NCBI GenBank assembly: GCA_045613785.1 | Contig: JAZLBQ010000024.1 | Span: 32,001 to 96,000, forward strand | Direction of reading: 5' to 3' | DNA length: 64,000 nt | From: Candidatus Enterousia sp. | Lineage (GTDB): Bacteria > Pseudomonadota > Alphaproteobacteria > Rs-D84 | In this document: piece after piece, positions 56,482-64,000 of the stretch | How positions within the stretch are numbered: position 1 is the stretch's first letter | How the letters are laid out: each line of letters starts with the position of its first letter | Translations under genes and position numbers: made by a program | The notes under the pieces: generated by a model | What the model was told of the DNA's origin: nothing | Databases searched by the model: none | Seen by the model: only the letters and a program-made list of their open reading frames with translations

Positions 56482-58461
56482 TTATACGAACAAATCTTTG
56501 ACGAATTGGGCGTGTTCAGTGATGAATTTAAAACGAAATTCAGGTTTTTTACCCATCAGTTCAGAAACAATTGTTCGTGTTTTTTCTGTGTCTTCGGCAC
56601 CTTCTTCGGTGCGTGGGGGCAGGTCAACACGTATTAAACGTCGTGTCTTGGGCGACATTGTTGTTTCTTTTAGTTGGTTGGGCATCATTTCACCAAGCCC
56701 TTTGAATCGAGATATTTCAACACGTTTGTTTTTATATTTTGTTGTTTTTAGTGTTTCTAGTTCTTCGTCAGAATCAACGTAAATCGATTCGGTGCCAGAT
56801 GTCAATTTATACAATGGTGGACAGGATAAATACAGATGACCGCCATAAATCAACTGAGGCATGTGTTGATAGAAAAATGCCATCAGCAGTGATGCAATAT
56901 GACTGCCGTCAACGTCAGCATCGGTCATGATGATGATTTTTTCATAACGTAATTTATCATCATTCCAATTGTTGGCAGTGCCAGCACCAATAATATCGAC
57001 CAAGTCATTTAATTCTTTGTTCGCACCAAAGCGTTCATCAGAATTTGATATTACATTTAGCACCTTGCCACGCAGGGGCATAATTGCCTGGGTTGCACGA
57101 TCACGTGCCTGTTTTGCAGTTCCACCAGCCGATTCACCTTCGACGATAAACAGTTCTGTGCCAGCAATACCGTGCTTGGAACAGTCTGCCAATTTTGCAG
57201 GCATACGAATACGTTTGGTCGGGGTTTTGCGTGCGACATCTTTGACTTGTTTTGTCTTTATACGGGCATTCGCCAGGTTTATGACAAAATCAAGCAGTGC
57301 ATTTGCTGTCTTTGGGTCGGACGCCAAAAACATTTCCCATGGATCACGCAGGGCGTTTTCTGTGAAACGAGCAACCTCTGGATTAGATAATTTTTCCTTG
57401 GTTTGACCCAAGAACTGTGGCGTTTTATAAAAGACAGAAACAATCGCAGCAACCGAATCGAATACGTCATCACCAATAATTGTTGCAGCGGATTTATTGT
57501 TTACTTTTTCGCCGTATGCCTTTATCCCTTTGGTAATCGCAGATTTAAATCCTGTTTCGTGCGTTCCACCGTCAATCGTTGCAATCGTATTACAATAGGA
57601 CGAGAAAAATCCGTCGTCAGATGCCGCACCATTTTCATCGGTTAAAAATGTCAATGCCCATTCTACACGGCCACTGTCGTCAGGAAAGTCAACGCTGCCA
57701 CTGAATATGCGTGGTAAAATGCGTGGCTTGGAATCTGTCTTTTCGGCCAGGAAATCAGCAACGCCATTTGGATAATAAAATGTGGTGTTGGCAGGGATAT
57801 TCATATCCTCTGTTAGTAATTCCGGATTGCAGCGCCAATCGATTTTTACACCACGTGATAAAAACGCCTTGGCACGAGCCATACGATAAATCTTTATCGG
57901 TTTGAACACAGCAGATGTGCCAAAGATTTCGTCGTCAATTGTAAAGCGTATTTTTGTCCCGTGAGATTTTGTCGCTTCGCCACGGGTCATAGGAGATGTG
58001 GTCTGACCACGTGAAAATGTCTGGTGCCAGTTATATCCATCACGGGCAATGTCAACAATCATTTCTGATGACAAAGCGTTCACAACCGCAGATCCAACCC
58101 CGTGCAGACCACCACTGGTTTTATATACGTTGTTATTAAATTTACCGCCAGAATGCAATGTGGTCAAAATTACTTCTAGGGCAGATTTGCCAGGATATTT
58201 TGGATGCTCGTCCACGGGAATACCACGGCCGTCGTCCGCAATCTCAATAGTCTTGGAATCAATTAAATGCACAGTTATTTTCTTGGCAAAGCCAGCAACC
58301 GCTTCGTCAATCGAATTGTCCATTATTTCAATCGGCAGGTGATGCCATGCTTTTTCATCTGTGCCACCAATATACATTCCAGGACGTAGACGAACGGGCT
58401 CAAGCCCTTCGAGAACCTGGATGTCGGATGCGTCGTATGTTTGTGTCTTTTTCTCTGTCAT
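56482..58461 (-). CDS. parE: DNA topoisomerase IV subunit B
   Basis: LEPVRLRPGMY, SGGLHGVG, VEGESAGG, PLRGK, DADVDG, RFKGLGEM; short ParE-type C-terminus. Confidence 0.88.
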   Translation of the reverse strand: MTEKKTQTYDASDIQVLEGLEPVRLRPGMYIGGTDEKAWHHLPIEIMDNSIDEAVAGFAKKITVHLIDSKTIEIADDGRGIPVDEHPKYPGKSALEVILTTLHSGGKFNNNVYKTSGGLHGVGSAVVNALSSEMIVDIARDGYNWHQTFSRGQTTSPMTRGEATKSHGTKIRFTIDDEIFGTSAVFKPIKIYRMARAKAFLSRGVKIDWRCNPELLTEDMNIPANTTFYYPNGVADFLAEKTDSKPRILPRIFSGSVDFPDDSGRVEWALTFLTDENGAASDDGFFSSYCNTIATIDGGTHETGFKSAITKGIKAYGEKVNNKSAATIIGDDVFDSVAAIVSVFYKTPQFLGQTKEKLSNPEVARFTENALRDPWEMFLASDPKTANALLDFVINLANARIKTKQVKDVARKTPTKRIRMPAKLADCSKHGIAGTELFIVEGESAGGTAKQARDRATQAIMPLRGKVLNVISNSDERFGANKELNDLVDIIGAGTANNWNDDKLRYEKIIIMTDADVDGSHIASLLMAFFYQHMPQLIYGGHLYLSCPPLYKLTSGTESIYVDSDEELETLKTTKYKNKRVEISRFKGLGEMMPNQLKETTMSPKTRRLIRVDLPPRTEEGAEDTEKTRTIVSELMGKKPEFRFKFITEHAQFVKDLFV

Positions 58462-58601
58462 AATGCTATTATTATTAGAACATTTTTAAAATTTGTGCAA
58501 GCCTAAAGAATTTAAGCCTAAATTGCATTTTGGGGTTGAATTTCTTTCTGTCGGTCTTATATATTTGGTATCGTAATTTAATAAATATATGGAATCCAGA
58601 T

Positions 58602-59732
58602 ATGAATAAAAATCCTTATGAAGTGCTGGGGGTGGCACGTGATGCGTCAGATGCAGATATTAAAAAGGCGTATCATAAATTGGTGATGAAGTATCATCCT
58701 GATAGAAATCCAGATAACAAAGACGCAGAAGAAAAATTTAAAGAAGTCAATAATGCCTTTGATATCTTGAAAGACCCACAGAAACGTGCGGCATATGACC
58801 GGTTTGGGGATGCTGCGTTTGCAAATGGTAATGGGGCAGGTGCTGGATTCGGCGGTGGCAATCCGTTTGGTAATGGTGGTTTCCACTTTAATATGGGTGG
58901 TGGTGCCGGTATGGAAGACATCCTGCGTGAAGCAATGAGAGGTTTTGGTTTTGGCGACTTTGGCGGTGGGCCACAACGTGGTGCACCACAGCGTGGTGGT
59001 CGTGATTTGCTGGACGAGGTTGTTATCGATTTAAAAGATGCTTATTTTGGAAAAACACATACTGTAAATTTTTCAAGCAATGTTCAGTGTGAAAAATGCC
59101 ATGGAAACGGAACTGCAGATGGAAAGCAGGCTCCGCTGTGTTCAAGGTGTGGGGGCAGTGGCTTTATTCAAACTCGTCAGGGGTTCTTTGCAATGGAGGC
59201 ACCATGTCCAGAATGTAATGGGTTAGGACGCAAGATTTCAAAAAAGTGCAGTCAGTGTGATGGCAGTGGAACAGAACACAAACAACGAACATTGGAAGTA
59301 AAAATACCTGCGGGTATTGAAGATGGTGCACGGTTGCGTTTGGCAGGACAAGGTGAAGCAGGTGCCAATGGTGGACCAGCAGGGGATTTTTATTTAGATG
59401 TCAGAATTCGTCCAGACAAGCGGTTTGAACGCCGTGGAAATGATTTGATTATGCGTGTTGATGTGCCGTTTACAACGTTGGCCTTGGGTGGTGAAATTGA
59501 AGTCCAAACAATTGATGATAAAAAGTTGTCGGTCAAGGTGCCCGGTGGAACGCAGGTTGGTGAAAAGCTGCGTGTTCGTGGGCATGGTATGCCATCTGTT
59601 CGCAGGGCAGGTAGTTTTGGAGATTTGTATATAGAAGTGGCGATTAAAATCCCAACAAAACTGTCTGATAAACAAAAGAAATTATTAAATGAATTTGCAG
59701 AAACCAAGACAGAGAAAAAAGGTTGGTTTTAG
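58602..59732 (+). CDS. dnaJ: Chaperone DnaJ
   Basis: YHPDRN J-domain, G/F region, four CxxCxGxG repeats. Confidence 0.96.
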   Translation: MNKNPYEVLGVARDASDADIKKAYHKLVMKYHPDRNPDNKDAEEKFKEVNNAFDILKDPQKRAAYDRFGDAAFANGNGAGAGFGGGNPFGNGGFHFNMGGGAGMEDILREAMRGFGFGDFGGGPQRGAPQRGGRDLLDEVVIDLKDAYFGKTHTVNFSSNVQCEKCHGNGTADGKQAPLCSRCGGSGFIQTRQGFFAMEAPCPECNGLGRKISKKCSQCDGSGTEHKQRTLEVKIPAGIEDGARLRLAGQGEAGANGGPAGDFYLDVRIRPDKRFERRGNDLIMRVDVPFTTLALGGEIEVQTIDDKKLSVKVPGGTQVGEKLRVRGHGMPSVRRAGSFGDLYIEVAIKIPTKLSDKQKKLLNEFAETKTEKKGWF

Positions 59733-59806
59733 GTAAGTAAATAATTTGATTGTGAAAAAATAAAAACCGGCAATTGTGCCGGTTTTTATGCGTATAGCAC
59801 GTTTTT

Positions 59807-60406
59807 TTATTTTATTTTTTTCATGTGGCCGATAAATGTTTGTGTGTATTGTGTTGCAGACCAAACAGATGCAACCAATGACAGCCACAAGCCCCAGATT
59901 CCAATGTATGGTAAAATGGTGATTGCCCACATTATAAAGCTGCTGTCGCTGCTTGGAGTTATCATTGTGCCGATAACAAATATCAACAGAAATGCAGCAA
60001 TCGAAATCATTTGAAGTGTGGTTTTAATTTTGCCCATTGAGAAACGTGCTTTTGGAACAGGCATTTCAATTTTCTGAGTGCCTAAAAATTCACGAAGGCC
60101 AGAGATGTAAAGTTCACGTGCAATCATTATAATTACAGGAACAACAACAAACCATACTGGCATCATAACTGTCAACATAATCAATGTGTTTACGACTAAC
60201 AGTTTGTCGCCAATGTGATCCATGACGCCGCCTATTTTAGAGCAGACGTTATATTTGCGTGCCAAGTAGCCATCAAACCAATCTGATAATGCAGCCAGCA
60301 TAAACAAAATAAAAGTTGTCCAATACATTTGGAACATCAAGGTTGGTATTATTGCAAATGATGCAGCAATACGAAATGCAGATAAAAAGTTTACAAAAAA
60401 TTTCAT
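59807..60406 (-). CDS. pgsA: CDP-alcohol phosphatidyltransferase (PgsA-like)
   Basis: DWFDGYLAR...G..MDHIGDK, RELYISGLRE, GKIKTTLQM; follows uvrC. Confidence 0.85.
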   Translation of the reverse strand: MKFFVNFLSAFRIAASFAIIPTLMFQMYWTTFILFMLAALSDWFDGYLARKYNVCSKIGGVMDHIGDKLLVVNTLIMLTVMMPVWFVVVPVIIMIARELYISGLREFLGTQKIEMPVPKARFSMGKIKTTLQMISIAAFLLIFVIGTMITPSSDSSFIMWAITILPYIGIWGLWLSLVASVWSATQYTQTFIGHMKKIK

Positions 60407-60446
60407 ATACGTCTCCTTTATTTATAATTATATATGAATGGTCTTA

Positions 60447-61874
60447 TTATATCATTTCCGAGTGGAAATGGGCATATATTTTTTTTGCAGCACTTATTCC
60501 TAAGCCTGGGACATGTTGCAAGGCGTTTAGGTCTGCGTCCATTATTGCACGGACAGACCCAAAGTGTTGCAATAATGCACGTTTGCGAGTTGGCCCAACC
60601 CCGTCAATTTCGTCCAGAACAGATGCGGTTAGTTGCTTGGCACGGACATTGCGATGGTATGTAATTACAAAACGGTGGGCTTCGTCACGGACAGTGCGTA
60701 GCATTAAAAATAATGGTGAGTCTTTGGGCAGGGTGTCAAGAATGCTGCCGTCTGGTAGAATAAAATGTTCGTCGCCATTTCGAACCTGACCCTTGGTGAC
60801 GCCCAGGACTGGAATGCCACCAGAGTTGCGATTCGCAATGTTCCATTGTGCGATTCCACCGTCAACGATAATTAAATCAAGTTTTGGACCACGTTCAACG
60901 GCACGTTTGATAAATTCTGACATCATTGCAATGTCGTTTCCTGCACGTGATTTGTCTTGCAATTTAAAGTGGCGATATCCTGCTTTTTCAAAGCCCGTGT
61001 GTCCAAAAGTTATCATTGCACCAACGGATTGTTTGCCGAACAGGTGCGAGTTATCAAATACCCCAACAAGATTTAATTTTAGGTTTAATAGGTTTTCAAG
61101 TTCTGAAACATTTTTGTCCCAGTCAAGATTTGATGTATGCGTTGGTTTCTGGCGTATGCCACGATTTGATGTGTGTGTAAGTGCGGCAATTTTATCACGG
61201 ACAATTGCAGCAGATTCATAATCCATATTTTCAGAAAATGTTTTCATTTGTTCTGTTAAATCTGCAATTATTGGTGTGCTGTCGCCGGTTAAAATTTTTC
61301 GTGCTATACGCACGTTTTCTGCGTATTTTTGTTTGTCAGGAAAACAACATGGTGCACTGCAACGACCAATTTGGTGCAACAGACATGGACGTGTGCGGTT
61401 TCGCATTTGGATGTCTGTGCAGGTGCGAATCTGACAAACACGTTGTATCGTTTTTATCGTTTCGTTTAATGCGGAAACGGACGGGTATGGTCCGTAGACA
61501 TCACGACGTTGTGAAATTTTGCCACGAAATTTTAACAGACGTGGAAAGTCCCCAGATGTCAATGCCAACATTGGATACATTTTTCCGTCCGTTAGCATAA
61601 TGTTATATTTGGGCTTTTGTGTTTTTATTAGTTCTTGTTCACGAAGTAGGGCGTCCGATTCTGTCTGGACGGTTTCCCAATCAACACGGCAAACCAATGA
61701 ACGTATAACTTGTTTGTGTAATTCAAGTCTTGATATGTCCTGGTATTGACGAAGCCGATTGTTTAGGTTCTTGGCCTTGCCGACATACAGCAGGTTATCT
61801 TCGCAATCGAACATCAAATACACGCCTGGGGCGTGTGGTGCGTTTGCGATTAAATCTGAAAATTGAATATTCAT
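60447..61874 (-). CDS. uvrC: Excinuclease ABC subunit C (compact)
   Basis: PGVY...LYVGKAKNL, PKYN, FDNSH, VDGG, RDEAHRF, HhH. Confidence 0.93.
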   Translation of the reverse strand: MNIQFSDLIANAPHAPGVYLMFDCEDNLLYVGKAKNLNNRLRQYQDISRLELHKQVIRSLVCRVDWETVQTESDALLREQELIKTQKPKYNIMLTDGKMYPMLALTSGDFPRLLKFRGKISQRRDVYGPYPSVSALNETIKTIQRVCQIRTCTDIQMRNRTRPCLLHQIGRCSAPCCFPDKQKYAENVRIARKILTGDSTPIIADLTEQMKTFSENMDYESAAIVRDKIAALTHTSNRGIRQKPTHTSNLDWDKNVSELENLLNLKLNLVGVFDNSHLFGKQSVGAMITFGHTGFEKAGYRHFKLQDKSRAGNDIAMMSEFIKRAVERGPKLDLIIVDGGIAQWNIANRNSGGIPVLGVTKGQVRNGDEHFILPDGSILDTLPKDSPLFLMLRTVRDEAHRFVITYHRNVRAKQLTASVLDEIDGVGPTRKRALLQHFGSVRAIMDADLNALQHVPGLGISAAKKIYAHFHSEMI

Positions 61875-61925
61875 AATCTTTATGATAAAATAATATTTAT
61901 AGAATAGCAAATAAGAGGTTTTTCA

Positions 61926-62390
61926 ATGAATCAAGAATCTGGACGTTCGATGATTGAGATGTTGGGTGTGTTGGCAATTATGGGAATCATTACCGTAGGA
62001 GCTATCGGTATGATTTCAACTGCAATGCGAACACAGAAGTTGACCGAAGTAAATGATGAAGTTATCCAAATGGTAACTATGGTTCGCAATATTCACGGCG
62101 AATATGATGATTTTTCGAATATGAACGGTCAGACAATTTTTGGTGCAATTGGTATGAGTAATAAAAATCCATACGGTGGTTCTTATGAGTTGTCAGTCAA
62201 TCAATCTAATCCTCGGCAATTTGTTGTCACGATAAATGGATTGGGACAGGCCGAGTGCGAATCACTGGTTGCCAAGGCCTGGTCCGATTCGATTGGGTAT
62301 CAGAGCTCTGGTGGTAAAGAAGGCGGTGCAACAGGAAGTTGTAAGGGGCAAAATGGAACAAATTATGTTCAGATTGTGTATGGTGAATAA
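61926..62390 (+). CDS. Type IV pilin (PilS-like body)
   Basis: MNQESG|RSMIEMLGVLAI, KNPYGG, C-terminal Cys pair. Confidence 0.8.
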   Translation: MNQESGRSMIEMLGVLAIMGIITVGAIGMISTAMRTQKLTEVNDEVIQMVTMVRNIHGEYDDFSNMNGQTIFGAIGMSNKNPYGGSYELSVNQSNPRQFVVTINGLGQAECESLVAKAWSDSIGYQSSGGKEGGATGSCKGQNGTNYVQIVYGE

Positions 62391-63364
62391 TGGCTGATTT
62401 TATTGAAGTTTCCAAGGTAGAAGATGGAACACGGCTGTTGCGGTGGTTCTTGCGGCATTTCCCAGCAATGCCACAGCGTGAGTTTTATGAACTTTGTCGT
62501 GGTGGACAGATTAGGGTAAATTCAAAACGTGTTCGTGGAACAGAAATTTTGAAAACTGGTGATGCAGTGCGAATTCCTCCTACTGTCGCTGGATATGCAC
62601 AGGAAAAACCCAAAAAAACAGAAAGTGGTATTGTGTTCTCGTTGGGGGATTTGGAATCGTTGCGTAAATGTATTATTCACAATGATGAAGATATTGTTGT
62701 GTTTAACAAGCCTGCTGGATTGGCTGTGCAGGGCGGAACAGGAATACGAAAGTCAATCGATAAAATGGCGGCGGCTTTGTTCCCATACGACAAGATTGCT
62801 TTGGTTCATCGTTTGGACAAGGAAACAAGTGGTTTGTTGGTTGTGGCAAAAAATCAACGGGCTGCACAGAACTTGTCAAATCAGTTTCAGAATAAAACAG
62901 CACACAAGGAATATTTGGCCTTGTTAAAAGGTGATGTCAATCCAAAGAAGGGGTTGATTGATAACTATGTGTTGAAGGGGCAGGTCTTTGATAATCCTGC
63001 ACGTTTGAATAATGGTACGGGGCCACGACCACAACGGGCAATAACAGAGTATTCTGTGTTGTCGTGTGCGGCAGGGTGTGTTTCGTGGGTGCGTTTCTCG
63101 CCAAAAACAGGCCGAACCCATCAATTAAGATTACATAGTGCATACTCGCTGGGGGCACCAATCGTTGGTGATGCGTTGTATGGTGGACGACAGAACCTGG
63201 ACGACGGTGCGTTAGGACTGATGCTGGAAACAAATAACTTGTTTTTATTTGCGTATAAGCTAACATTTCAGCACCCGTCGACTGGGCGTATGATGACGCT
63301 GCGGGCAGAAGTGCCAGGATTTATGCAGCCTGTGATGCGGTTTTTAGAATTTCAATTGCCATGA
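62390..63364 (+). CDS. rluC: RluA-family pseudouridine synthase (RluC-like)
   Basis: S4 domain, NKPAGL, VHRLDKETSG, TGRTHQLR, PIVGD. Confidence 0.85.
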   Translation: MADFIEVSKVEDGTRLLRWFLRHFPAMPQREFYELCRGGQIRVNSKRVRGTEILKTGDAVRIPPTVAGYAQEKPKKTESGIVFSLGDLESLRKCIIHNDEDIVVFNKPAGLAVQGGTGIRKSIDKMAAALFPYDKIALVHRLDKETSGLLVVAKNQRAAQNLSNQFQNKTAHKEYLALLKGDVNPKKGLIDNYVLKGQVFDNPARLNNGTGPRPQRAITEYSVLSCAAGCVSWVRFSPKTGRTHQLRLHSAYSLGAPIVGDALYGGRQNLDDGALGLMLETNNLFLFAYKLTFQHPSTGRMMTLRAEVPGFMQPVMRFLEFQLP

Positions 63365-64000
63365 AAAAAATAAGAAAAAGTATCTTTTTTTCAATTATGC
63401 GAATTTTGGGCCTGTGTCTTGTCGGTATGGTCGTGGCTATTGTTGTTGCACTGCGGCAGGTCAATCTGGAAACTTTGCGTGGAAATTTGTTGACTTTGTT
63501 GCGTGATGCAACAGATATGCCAATCGAAATCGATGGTGCTGTGTCGTGGAAGTTGTCGCTGCGGCCACATGTGGAATTAAACAAAGTTAGAATCGCAAAC
63601 CAAAGTTGGGCAAAAAATAAAGATGCTTTTAGTGCAGAAAAAATTGATGTCCGCTTAAATCTAATCTCGTTGTTTCGTAATCGGCCAACTGTTCAAAATG
63701 TCAAGGTTTATGACGCAAGGTTAAATATTGAAAAAAATTCAGATGGACAATACTCTATACAGCGGATTTCAAGGGCTGTGACAGAACAAGAACAAACTGG
63801 AAAATCAGTTGAACCTGAAAAGTATCCTTTTAAAGATGCAGGGCTTGGTGGGTTCGAAATCAAGAATTTAAAGGCGGATATTTTTGGGCAGAAATATTCG
63901 TTGTCAGGTTTCCATATTCGTTTGATGCCGATGGCAAAAGGCAGAGAATATTCTGGCTGGATTAAGGTTGATACAGATGTTTCGCCTTTTATTATCAATT
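63361..64000 (+). CDS. AsmA-family protein, 3'-truncated by the window edge
   Basis: MKKIRK...TM, DATDMPIEIDGAVSWKLSLRPHVEL..V.IAN..W; frame open to the end. Confidence 0.7.
   Translation, partial: MKKIRKSIFFSIMRILGLCLVGMVVAIVVALRQVNLETLRGNLLTLLRDATDMPIEIDGAVSWKLSLRPHVELNKVRIANQSWAKNKDAFSAEKIDVRLNLISLFRNRPTVQNVKVYDARLNIEKNSDGQYSIQRISRAVTEQEQTGKSVEPEKYPFKDAGLGGFEIKNLKADIFGQKYSLSGFHIRLMPMAKGREYSGWIKVDTDVSPFIIN

Overview
A 64-kb core-chromosome segment of a small, AT-rich diderm bacterium. Gene content (RHH_4 protein, Zn-less DksA, plsY near dprA, rpsT near dnaA, GANTC-containing promoters) points to Alphaproteobacteria; an uncultured host-associated lineage such as Rs-D84/Enterousia is my inference only. 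It is mostly housekeeping: trmB, gltX, thrS, ileS, gatCAB, miaB, suf, ftsLI, recJ, nrnA, lolA, tatABC, dnaA, dprA, parE, dnaJ, uvrC, nth, tRNA-Lys and tRNA-Phe. Between these lie many ORFans, a type IVb pilus-like TcpQ + secretin pair, a distant pilin, and several secreted Cys- or Gly-rich proteins. I see no CRISPR array, integrase, transposase or prophage. The most unusual signals are: (1) a two-unit, 105-bp-period tandem element at 43119-43315, with conserved flanks and loop around sequence-unrelated but self-complementary 18-nt arms, each unit also reading as an equal-length 25-codon ORF; (2) apparently leaderless Thr6 and Ile4 leader-peptide attenuators in front of thrS and ileS; (3) a YbeY-Lnt gene fusion; (4) an operon with a degenerate HNH next to a SMI1/KNR4 protein; (5) a long multi-hairpin dnaA leader; (6) shared GANTC promoter motifs. 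All family calls come from motif recognition by eye; no database search was run.
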